A DNA stretch of 20,000 nucleotides from Chromera velia (Eukaryota), in assembly GCA_018398765.1 (NCBI GenBank), contig JAHBMJ010000455.1, positions 107,627-127,626 on the forward strand, written 5' to 3'. Shown here piece by piece: positions 10,919 through 20,000 of this stretch. Within the stretch, counting starts at the first letter, position 1, and the number at the start of each line of letters is the position of its first letter. Below the pieces are notes generated by a model. That model ran no database searches. It worked only from the letters and a program-made list of their open reading frames with translations, and had not been told where the DNA came from. The position numbers and the translations under genes were made by a program.

Positions 10919-11615
10919 GTCTTTTCTTTTCTTTTCTTTCTTTCTTTCTTTCTTTCTTTTTTCCCTTCGTTTTTCAGTCTGATGTCCTTCTCTGTTCTCT
11001 TGTTATGTGATCGCTGTTGAAAACAGTCAACTCATACACAACTCATAATGAAGAAATGATCATGATTTTCGTCAAGGCCTCTGCTTTTTTGGCTGCTTGC
11101 CTGACCGTCTGGTTTCTGTATTCGTTCCTTTGTATGCTTGTCTGGCTTCCGATTTTTCTTCTATTCCTTCTTTCCTAGCTTCCTCTTGCCGGCCTGACTT
11201 GCAGGTTCTCTGTTTACTCGATGTTCGACTCGGACCCTGATCTGATTGAGATGAGGGAACATGTGACTGAAGTAAGTCAGCAGCTGATTATGCTGCAAGG
11301 GGAGGGTCTGAAGCTTGCAAGTTTCGCTGCGTCTACTTGTTGAAGGGGCTCGCCCACTTTTGCATGTTTTCGACGGTTCTATCTTTCCTGGTCACGTGGC
11401 ATCTCTTGGTGGAAGAATAACGAAAATGAAAGACAGAGCGGGGACCCATGTTGTGGTGTTTCTGTCTGTTTTCTTTGTCACACACGAAAACCGCCAGAGT
11501 CCTTCGAATGAAATCTGAACAGGGCATAGCAGTCGCCTCTCTTGGAGTCTGGAAGAATTTAAGTGCAGAGCCGCAGGAATCAAAAAGATTCACTCTGGCT
11601 CTGTACGTATGGTGA

Positions 11616-11653
<38 letters not shown>

Positions 11654-11867
11654 TGTCTGTCTGCAGAAATTCATGAGCACCTTCCGTAAAGGATACGCCC
11701 TGTACGAGGCGGGAGAGTGGCAGCAGGCCCGCGACGTACTTGAGAAGGCCAAGAAGATGCTCGAGGAGGAGGACGGTCCCTCCTGCACGCTGCTGGACTA
11801 CATGGAGACCTTCCAGTTCCAGGCACCGGGGGCGTGGGAGGGCTTCAGAGCTTTGACTGAGAAGTAA
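2573..11867 (+). CDS. Ion channel/voltage sensor-adenylyl cyclase fusion protein (alveolate ACalpha type; class III cyclase with C-terminal TPR-like motif), 20 exons, ~920 aa
   Basis: Manually spliced GT-AG exons, all phases compatible: 2573-2704, 3229-3336, 3605-3916, 4168-4294, 4766-4946, 5115-5235, 5790-5899, 6164-6281, 6528-6746, 7111-7182, 7523-7682, 7899-7999, 8247-8336, 8613-8765, 9090-9161, 9430-9584, 10066-10261, 10645-10712, 11205-11271, 11667-11867 (2763 nt). Membrane motifs: S1 FMTAVTVYALFGDD; S2-S3 FFFSLEIVL...FFFWLDVISTASLIFDI; S4 RAGRAGRAGSRAGRVIRIVRVVRLIRIAK; ESRVGKKLSELTTRRVIILVL; LVLNPIERMIAKV; KIGGLLALGFGEAG. Cyclase motifs: FGFCDIRQFTD, ANKNIGDAFLLVW, MGFGLHVGWAIEGAIGS, DASYLSPNVNMASRLEAATKQ, VTVKGS. 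Tail FRKGYALYEAGEWQQA...WEGFRALTEK*. Exon 1 is the least certain. Confidence 0.93.
8405..8460 (+). repeat. (GACA/GATA)n microsatellite in cyclase intron 13
   Basis: Directly visible tetranucleotide run. Confidence 0.9.
8766..8837 (+). repeat. (GTCT)n microsatellite starting at the donor of cyclase intron 14
   Basis: Directly visible tetranucleotide run. Confidence 0.9.
9670..9848 (+). repeat. Compound (TTTA)n/(TTTC)n/(CT)n pyrimidine-rich SSR in cyclase intron 16
   Basis: Directly visible. It generates several of the spurious Phe/Leu/Ser-rich ORFs in the track. Confidence 0.9.
10303..10316. other. Assembly gap (14 N) inside a poly-G tract in intron 17 of the cyclase gene
   Basis: Run of N flanked by G runs. 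The reading frame across this intron is phase 0 to phase 0, so no exon has to be missing, but one cannot be excluded. Confidence 0.98.
10760..10965 (+). repeat. (TTTC)n-rich SSR in cyclase intron 18
   Basis: Directly visible. Confidence 0.9.
11620..11662 (+). repeat. (GT)n then (CTGT)n immediately before the last cyclase acceptor
   Basis: Directly visible. Confidence 0.9.
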
Positions 11868-12664
11868 ACTGAGAAGCAAGGAAGGGAGGAATGGGGGGAA
11901 GGAGGGAGGGATGGGACCGGGGGGAATCGCAGAAGAGAAAGAACGAATCGAGGGGAAAGGATCGGACTGTACAAGACAAAGGGTTGAGAGTTGCAACAAG
12001 AGGGAGACGGTCGACCAACAAATGACCGGAAGGGAAGAAGAAGAGCACGGGGGGGAGGGGGAGGATGAGGTCAAAGGGAAGGAAGAAGTAAGAGGGATAG
12101 AGAAAGCCCCCATCCCCTGTAAAATTCAGGAAAGAGTTTTGCCTTCCTGTCTACGGACAAACAGGCGGATGGAGACGTCGAAGGAGGGTAAAGGTCGGAT
12201 GAGGGAAATCAATTTTATTCAGAGATGGCTCAGAATCGTGCCCACAAAGAGAAGACAGGTGAAGGGTGAAAGGGTAAGAGAGAGATGAAAAATTTGGAGG
12301 AGGGTAAGGGCATAAAAACGCTGCATGTGGCTCCCACCGATCGTCTTTCATGATTTGCCTGTCTGTGTGGGCACAGTCAGAGGATTAAGTCTTTCAAGGA
12401 TCAATGTATCACAACAAGAGCAGAAAGGAGAACGTTTGAAGTTTGCTTCATTTTTTCCTGGAGCTTTCATACTTTTTGCCCTTTCAATTCAACAAGCACA
12501 ATATGTGTATCATATGATGCCAACAAATCTAATGTCAGCTATTCTATTCTATTCTGCACACCAATCTGTCAGTTGAATGTGATGGCATATTACATGGAAG
12601 CACTTCTTTTTAAATTGTGTTGAACAGTAATATGTATGATGCTGATTCGTTTAATTTGGTTAAA

Positions 12665-14186
12665 TAAAGCCCAAGCGGAAGCTGACCTGGCTAGCCGGAC
12701 TAGCCAGGTTTAGCCTCGACTGCTTCAATTCAATCTAATTGTTGTTACGTTGAATATCATGTATCAACACTAATATCAGTCTAATGACTATCATTGGTAT
12801 TAGATACTACTCAGTACGGTATTACACTGATATAGTTTAGCTAGTAGTTTAGGATATCATGCTTAGTAGTAGAGTGTTACTGGCAGTTATATAATCACTA
12901 CTAGTAGTGTAATACAGCTGCTATATTACAGCAAATACTACACTAAACTTAACAACTTTAAATATTATAGTTAGTATTAATCATGATATTATCCTAGATA
13001 ATATTCCTTTTTTAAAGATTTTTTCTATCGTAGTTTTGTTTATGAAAGTGAATAACTTTATTTGAATATAACTGCTTCTAACATAATTGTTTTACATAAC
13101 TTGTTAGAGTATTTACACTGGAATTATAGTGTGTCACAATGAGAATTTCCAGAACCTTTTGTGTCACAATGATTTCTAACACAATAATTGTGATTTTAGA
13201 GCTTTTGACTGATTCAATTAAATCACCGTGACACTTATGTATGAAAAAATAGTTATAGATCGCATGTTTGCTGTGTTTGGCGCGGCTTGGCGCGCGTTGG
13301 GGGGCAGCGTTACAGCTGCTGAGGGCTGTGCGGACCGGCTCCGTATGGGCTCTACGTATGAGTATGCGGATCTTGTATGCATGCCCCCGCAAGGGAGATG
13401 GCTATGCGTGGAGGACTCGTGTAAGCTGTACTAGCTAAGTCATGTCCCGTTTTATTATAGACTCTCAGCATCTCCCTTAAGATTGCAACACTCCCGAGCA
13501 ACAGTTTGTTCCTGAACGGCTGCGCGGTCGATCCTTCCTCTTCCTCCTCATCATCTGCAGCAGCGATCGTACAGCCCTCAAGGGGGTAAGGCGGAAGGGG
13601 GGGGGGTAGAAGCAAGGGAAGGAGGGGGGCATCTGATCGGAGCAGTGACAATATCTTTAAGAGAATGATGTCCACTGCTAATAAAGGGGGTGGCAGCGTA
13701 TTGGCCGCTTCCAGAGGACGCTCGGGCCACAGGGGGGGGCTCTCAGGAGCGTTGGCTGCGCAGTCTCTGAGCTTCAATTTTTTTCTGACATTTTTATCAC
13801 ACCTAAGTTACTCTAACTATTTCATCACACCTATTGTGACACAATTATTTGTGTCACTGGTACTAGTGTATAGGTATTGTGTCACACACAGTGTCATACT
13901 ATAGTTTCAGTGTAAGAGTATTAAAACTGATATGAACTAGGATATAAAAGGAGGTGAAGTAGATGGTTCAAACCTAAGTTCATTCTAATGATGAATCTAC
14001 TCTAAATTCTTATCTTGAATTAGTATTTATTCAGCTCATAAATTTAAATTAATCTGCCCTAGTCTAAATATCATTAACAAAACATCTTTCTCGACATCTT
14101 TGCAAGCTAATGCTGGGGACAGTCACAGTAGTAGTAGCCTAAAGTAGGAGCCTGCGGCCTGGAGTTAAGCTTCAAACCTGGCTTTA
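12665..14186. mobile_element. Possible degenerate transposon relic: AT/TpA-rich arms around a GC-rich core
   Basis: Abrupt composition shift. Weakly similar inverted ends (TAAAGCC..GAAGCT..GCCG..TTTAG; AGCCAGGTTT 12702-12711 / AAACCTGGCT 14174-14183). GTGTCAC clusters at 13130-13234 and 13833-13897. Confidence 0.35.
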
Positions 14187-14264
14187 AAAAGACGTGATGC
14201 ACACCGTGACAGCTTCTATCTGACATTTGAATTCTCAAATTCAGAATCTCAGTCTTGGAATCTT

Positions 14265-15861
14265 TCAGCCTCCTCCTTGACTACCGAGAAGGGGAAAACT
14301 GGCCACAAGCTTCCAGCTGGAGACATCCGAGAGATCTGCCGTGACAACATCGAGTGTTTTCACCTTCCAGCGTCTCCCTTTGACTCTCAGAGGACACTCA
14401 TCTGATGATGAGACTGAGTTCAGCTTCTCGGCCCACGCCCTCTTCATTTCCATCGCCAAGTCTCCATAAACAAGGCTCAAGTGAGGCATATACGATTCGT
14501 TCGGCCCTTTATACTCCTCTTTCTTGTCCACATACAATCGCTTGACAAGCTCCAAGTGTACAGCTTCCGCAGCGTCCCCACCCCCCCCTGGCGACACTCC
14601 CGCATAGACACACTGAAAAAACTGCTCCCCTGCCACGGCGTCCCCTGTCTCCAACTCGAAGGGCGCGCTGAGCGCCGCTACTGCCTCGACTGTCCGAAGA
14701 AGCTCTGAATTCGATACGTGAGGAACCCTGCCGATCTGCACACATGCACAGGAAGGCGGAACGACTCCTTTTCTTGTCATGTATCTGACAGACACTCACT
14801 TGCACAGAATCACAGAGACACAGACGGACACACTAACAGGAGGAACCCTGCACAGAAAGGCAGGGAGGCGTAGAGGCAACTAAACACGCAGGGGGCAGAC
14901 TGACAGGTAGGCAGGCAGGGGAAAGATGGGGAGATAATGGGGAAAGGCAAGCTCGAGTAATGAATTGAAAGTGTAAGTGTGCGTAAAAACAGGTGTAAGT
15001 GACTAGGCAAAGAACATCTGGTATGATGCCCTTTGTTTGGTCCTCCACAGGGGCAAGGGCGAAAGGCACAGTGAACATTGTGAAGCAGACATGCACATGA
15101 GCATGCAGACAGATGGATAATTAAGTCTTAGCCTTCCTTGTGTCTATCAACTCATTCATTCATCCATCCATTCGTTCGTTCATTCATCTTTTTCTTCTCT
15201 TTCTTATTTCGCATTTTCTCTTCTTCTCTTCCTTCTTTGCTTCCTCAATTCTCTCCTGTCGATCTTTCTTTCTTTCTTTCTTTCTTTCCTTCCTTCCCTC
15301 CTTCCTTCCTTCCTTCCTTCTTTCCTTCTCCCTGTCCCTTTGTTTGTTTGTTTCTTACACTGTCTGTCTCCACACATTTCTTTCTCTGGTTTTCTCTTCT
15401 CATTCTCGCCCCCCCCCCCTTCTTGCCCGCCCCCAGCTTTCTGTCTCCCATAGTGACTGACTCGGTTTCCTTCTCACCTACTTCCTTCTCGTCAGTCTTT
15501 GACATATTTCTTTATCGATATGTTTATCTCCCTTTTTCTTTTCATGTACACAAAAGACAAAGACAAGCAGGTAGGCAGACAAAAGACACAGACAGGCACC
15601 CAGGGAGACAGTCTTGGAGACAGGCAGGGAGATAAACGGAGCTTGATTATCCTTCTTGCCTCTCTCATAGTCTCTATCCTCTTTTTTTCTTTGGACGGAC
15701 CCGCCAGAGAAGGAAGGAAGGAAGGAAGGAAGGAAGGAAGGAAGGAAGGAAGGAAGAAAAAAACCAACCAACCAACAAACAAGCAAAAAAACAAACACAC
15801 AAAGAAATAGAAAAAGAAACACACGCACACAAGCACACACGTACACACGTGCGCGCGCACG

Positions 15862-15897
<36 letters not shown>

Positions 15898-16804
15898 AAC
15901 GTTCGCTCAGACAAAATGAGAAGGGGGCCCGAAGAGTGCACAGTAAAAACAGGGGTGAATAGAGAGAGACGGGTGGACAGCTAGGCCGGGTGATTCTTCA
16001 AAGTAGTTTCTCTCTTTCTTGTGAGGGCAAAGATAGCTAAGGCAAATCAATTGATACATGGATAGATGTATGGATAGATGAACCGACAGACAGACAGAGT
16101 TTCATGCGTCTTTTCTGAATTGCGTTATTACCCATTGTAAAGCCCCTTTCATTGGACAATTTTAAATAGACGGACGAAGGCAGACAATCCCTGTTTTTTC
16201 CGTCTTTGTTTTATATTTACTTCATGTTTTTTCTTCTCGTGTTCTTTGCATGCCCACTCATTGTAACGGGAAGCGACGACGCCATTGTCAGACAACCTGT
16301 TTCTTTCCTGTTCCACGTTACAGACAGACAAGCTTGCTTTTTGTTGCATGGCTCTTGGAAGGTAGACGGGTTCGCAGAGAGACGCCACAGACGGACAGAC
16401 AGGTTGACTGTGAAGCATCCTTGCCTTTGCATTCTCGCTCGCTCCAATCGAGAGAGAATATTGACGGCGCCAGCAAGCACTGTGAGTGAGGAAGTGAGGG
16501 AGTGAGTGAGTAGGCGATGAGTGAGTAAGTGCGAGTCAGAAAGAGAAGAGAGAGAGAGAGAGAGAGAGATGTGCTAACGCCGTAGTTCCATAAAAAATGC
16601 GAGCTTCGATGTAGACGGCAGATCGAAGAGGCTGCTGTTTCTACCAACCGAAGACCGTGCATGTGACTACTCAGTACTCACTGCTGTGACATGTGCCAGA
16701 AAAGGGGATGTGTTTAGTTCCTTCGCACCCGCATCAATGACCTCAGAGAACAGGTCAGGGGGGGCAGTGAACCAAACGCAGAGGGGCACCTTTTCATCGA
16801 CCAT
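14265..16804 (-). CDS. 2H phosphoesterase, cyclic phosphodiesterase (CPDase/Cpd1-like), 2 exons, ~197 aa
   Basis: Exon 1 16804-16682 (MVDEKVPLCVWFTAPPDLF...SPFLAHVTA, donor GTGAGT) joins in phase 0 to exon 2 14735-14265 (acceptor TGCAG; IGRVPH...FFQCVY...YMPHLSLVYGDL...DVSSWKLVASFPL). Both HxT/S motifs (HVT, HLS) are present, plus the FFQCVY, YMPHLSLxYGD and SWxxV segments typical of plant/fungal CPDases. Confidence 0.85.
15707..15898 (+). repeat. Compound SSR (GAAG)n, (CAAC/CAAA)n, (CT)n, (CA)n in the CPDase intron
   Basis: Directly visible. Confidence 0.85.
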
Positions 16805-17110
16805 CGGACCCTTCAGTGCTGACCCATTCAACCGCGTTAATCGGCACGAATGGAAGAGGGAGTCCACGAGAAAACCAAAGACATGCAACTCCGAGAGTCT
16901 CAATTTCATGCACAAATATCTATGTACCTCACAAAGGCTTCGAGAGACGGGGTGCACGCCTCTGTGAGAACTTGTCAGTCAGACTCAGTCTGCATAACAG
17001 ACAAATGTTTGAGAATTCACGAGGCTGTTTGATCTTTTCTGAAAATTCGCAATCTTCCGCAGAATGATCGATTGATTTTTGTCTTCACGATTCGATTATA
17101 GTAGAGTATA

Positions 17111-17601
17111 TATATGTCGGGCATGTACCAACACTTATATATGGGGACGGCAGGGCGGGACGACTGACATTATCAATCACCCCGGTAAACATAGTTAACA
17201 TACTTTGAAATAGATGCATGGTCATCAAATCGAATTTTTCACTTCTGTCAATGATTTCATCGTCTATTGATTCTTCAATCCTTCCTTCCTTCGTTCTTTC
17301 TTTCCTTCCTTCCTTCTTTGCTTCCTTCTTTCCTTCGTTCGTCGAGCTACTGCATATGCACCTCCTCCCTCTCTTCTTCATGTCTTCTTCTTTGTCTCAA
17401 CAGTTTCAACTTCATCTTCCGTCTATTTTCCTTCCTTCGATCGGATCTGACCTGTCTTGTGCACACGCATATGCGCATACGCGATGCACACGCGATGCAT
17501 GCGCGTGCTCACGCGGGGGTTGGTTTTCGTGCGCGCGCGATGACAGGGGTGATATACGCGTGCGGCTCTGCACCGTATTTTTTGGACATGCCCGACATAT
17601 A
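17111..17601. mobile_element. Putative MITE/fold-back element with inverted termini (~490 bp)
   Basis: Perfect 16-bp inverted repeat TATATGTCGGGCATGT (17111-17126) / ACATGCCCGACATATA (17586-17601). Further inverted blocks at 17150-17162 vs 17559-17571 and 17176-17186 vs 17543-17553. Confidence 0.55.
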
Positions 17602-17780
17602 CTGGTGTTGGACCCACGATTCTGCACTGCAAAGGCATTGCAAAGGCCGCTTGAAAGGCGCACCGGCGGAGGATGCATGGCGGAGGGCATGCAACCATAT
17701 GATTGCAACGACATGCATTGTATTAATAGAGAATTATACAGAGCGATTTACAGTCTGATGATTTACAGAGATTTACTGTA

Positions 17781-18784
17781 CCTTCCTGAACCTAATGTCC
17801 ACTTAAAAAAAAAATATCAAGATCGTCCGCGCCTGCGGCATGGCCAATCAAGTCTATCTAAATTTAGGGCCTAGCAAATCTCATTTAAAGAATATAAAAA
17901 AAAATTAAAAAATAATAACGTATAAATAAATCGATATATTGTCTTTAAAATACTATTCATGCCTAGGTTTTATATATATCATCATATATAATCATACAAT
18001 ATCAATATTACATCATAGATTACATCATATATAGCTTGGTGCCAGTATATGGTCATACATAATATCTCTATTCATTTATCTTCTGAATCAGAATAAGCAA
18101 GATTGCTCAACCTGCAGATTTCACGGGCTTGCACCTGCGTTTGGCAAGCTCACACTCTGAGACCGCGCGCTTGACAAAGAGCAAGCCTCTTTTGTTGCTC
18201 TTAACTCTCTGCCTCTCTCTGCTGGGCCTCACTCTGTTCCTCCTCAGCCGCTGCCAGAAAATTTGAAGACAAAAAAGCTTGGGCAGAGCTTACAAGCGGA
18301 GATTTCTGCAAGTCTCAATTTCTCTTAAACTCCGGCAAAGCAAAATCAACTACCAACACTTTGTAGACAATACTTCTGATGCTGTGAATCCTTCTTCTGT
18401 TGGGTCACGTTGAGTACTCTGAGAGGTAAGGTACTTGATGATGATTGAGGGTTGAACGAAAAATCTGAAAGTCTATCAATCTCATTGATTTTTTTTTTCT
18501 TTAGGGTTGTTTAGATATATTTGCACTTCGGGAGATGGGTGGACACGCATGCAGCTGTGATTTTTTAGACACCTAGCTGCATGCGGCGCTGCCTTTCAAG
18601 ACACTGCCCATGCCTGTGGCGTGGCCGGTTAAGACACTGCCCACGCTTGCGACGCTGCCTTTCAAGGTACCACCCACGCCTGCAGCACGGCCGGTCAAGA
18701 CACTGCCCGCGCCTGCAGTGCGGGCGTTCAAGCCTATCTAAAAATGCGGCCCCACCAATCAAGTGGATCTTAGGTTCAGGGAAG
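17781..18784. mobile_element. Non-autonomous DNA transposon (MITE-like), 1004 bp, 24-bp TIRs, TA target-site duplication
   Basis: CCTTCCTGAACCTAATGTCCACTT (17781-17804) matches the reverse complement of 18761-18784 (CTTCCCTGAACCTAAGATCCACTT) at 20/24. TA lies immediately outside both ends (17779-80, 18785-86). No intact transposase ORF. Confidence 0.75.
18568..18732 (+). repeat. 33-bp tandem minisatellite, 5 units, inside the TIR element
   Basis: Units start at 18568, 18601, 18634, 18667 and 18700, consensus ~ACACTGCCCACGCCTGCRGCRYKGCCKKTCAAG. One related unit lies at ~17820-17852. Confidence 0.85.
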
Positions 18785-19638
18785 TAATTTACTGGAAGCT
18801 GAAAAAAAAAAAACACCCGTGTTGGAAATTTTTGTTCTGCACTGGCGGGACACGTTCAATGTCCACTGCATGCAAGCGGCCCGGGGATAGTCAAAAACTG
18901 CATTTTCGTTCCTGATATCGGATTATAAGTGCCTCCCAAGCCCCCCAAGCTGTGCCGGGGCCTTTTTGGGGTGTTAGCAGACTGAGTGACAGCAGCTAAA
19001 AGTTAGAGAACTTCCCTCCGAACTGCTGCAACCTAACCACATCAAAAGGAGCAGGAGAGTAGCTTTCTGTTAGAAGTTTGCAGGAATATCGGGAGTCCGC
19101 ACCAGGACCTCTCTCTTACCTACTGGAGTCCGGGAAGCTGGCTTGACTCCCACGCAGTCCGTCTCCGAAGGGAAGCGGGCTCAACTTATGATGAGACCAT
19201 CATGTGCACATAAAATGTCGCTTATGCAGTCACTTCTGCATCAACTTTTTTTTGAAGTGCATGAGGAGAGTTGGCAGCGGGCAGCTGAGATTGCGTCTAT
19301 CCTTCTGTATCTTCTTTCCACTTTACGCCGTGCTTAGCTTCATAGGGGTAAGAGAGACCACAGCCATGTGCGAAGTGCGAGAGCAATCCTACAGACTCTA
19401 CCAGTCTGCCGAAAACTGTCAGTCCTTTTATAGCAGTCATGCAGTCAAATGGCTTTCAGACACTCATGCAGGTCCATATCTTGGTCTTTCTATCTGTGTT
19501 TATGACTGTGCCTGCATGCATGTCTCTCTCCCCTGCCTGTTTTTGTCTTTGCTGCTGCTGGTAGGCTCAGTATGGACTCAAGAATATCTGGTCATTCTTC
19601 TTGTATCAGGGGAGTGGTCGATGTCTGTATGCTTTGTT

Positions 19639-19983
<345 letters not shown>

Positions 19984-20000
19984 CCGTCTGGCTGCCTGTC

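Noticed and set aside
11845..12576. Purine-rich ORFs downstream of the cyclase stop
   Set aside because: Low-complexity GA-rich sequence, most likely 3' UTR.
15138..15898. Multiple 75-165 aa ORFs in the CPDase intron
   Set aside because: Derived from (CTTC)n/(GAAG)n/(CA)n repeats.
17218..17874. 218-aa and 163-aa ORFs
   Set aside because: They cross SSR sequence and two element boundaries and show no recognisable domain.
18568..18732. CRISPR-like array
   Set aside because: Units are contiguous and similar along their whole length, with no unique spacers and no cas genes. Eukaryotic context.
18565..18816. Arg/Cys-rich ORFs on both strands (11-aa repeats)
   Set aside because: By-product of a 33-bp (multiple of 3) GC-rich repeat inside a TIR element.
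18800..19620. Moderately GC-rich, coding-like sequence (possible decayed retroelement or gene fragment)
   Set aside because: Frequent stops in the frames examined and no motif I can recognise. It would need tBLASTx to assess.

Overview
Eukaryotic, intron- and microsatellite-rich genomic DNA. Gene content and intron style suggest an alveolate, most like a chromerid (inference, not proven). Three protein-coding genes are supported. (1) An intronless homocysteine S-methyltransferase-family gene (316..1824, -) in which the first zinc-ligand Cys appears replaced by His. (2) A 20-exon voltage-sensor/ion-channel-adenylyl cyclase fusion (ACalpha-type, 2573..11867, +; 920 aa by my manual splice reconstruction, all intron phases consistent). 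(3) A two-exon 2H cyclic phosphodiesterase (CPDase-like, 16804..14265, -) convergent with the cyclase. The non-coding DNA holds a well-supported ~1 kb TA-flanked TIR element with 33-bp subterminal repeats (17781..18784), a second ~490 bp inverted-repeat element (17111..17601), and an AT-rich, possibly TIR-bounded relic with GTGTCAC motif clusters around a GC-rich core (~12665..14186). There are also many SSRs and one 14-N gap. Most ORFs in the supplied track are spurious or exon fragments.
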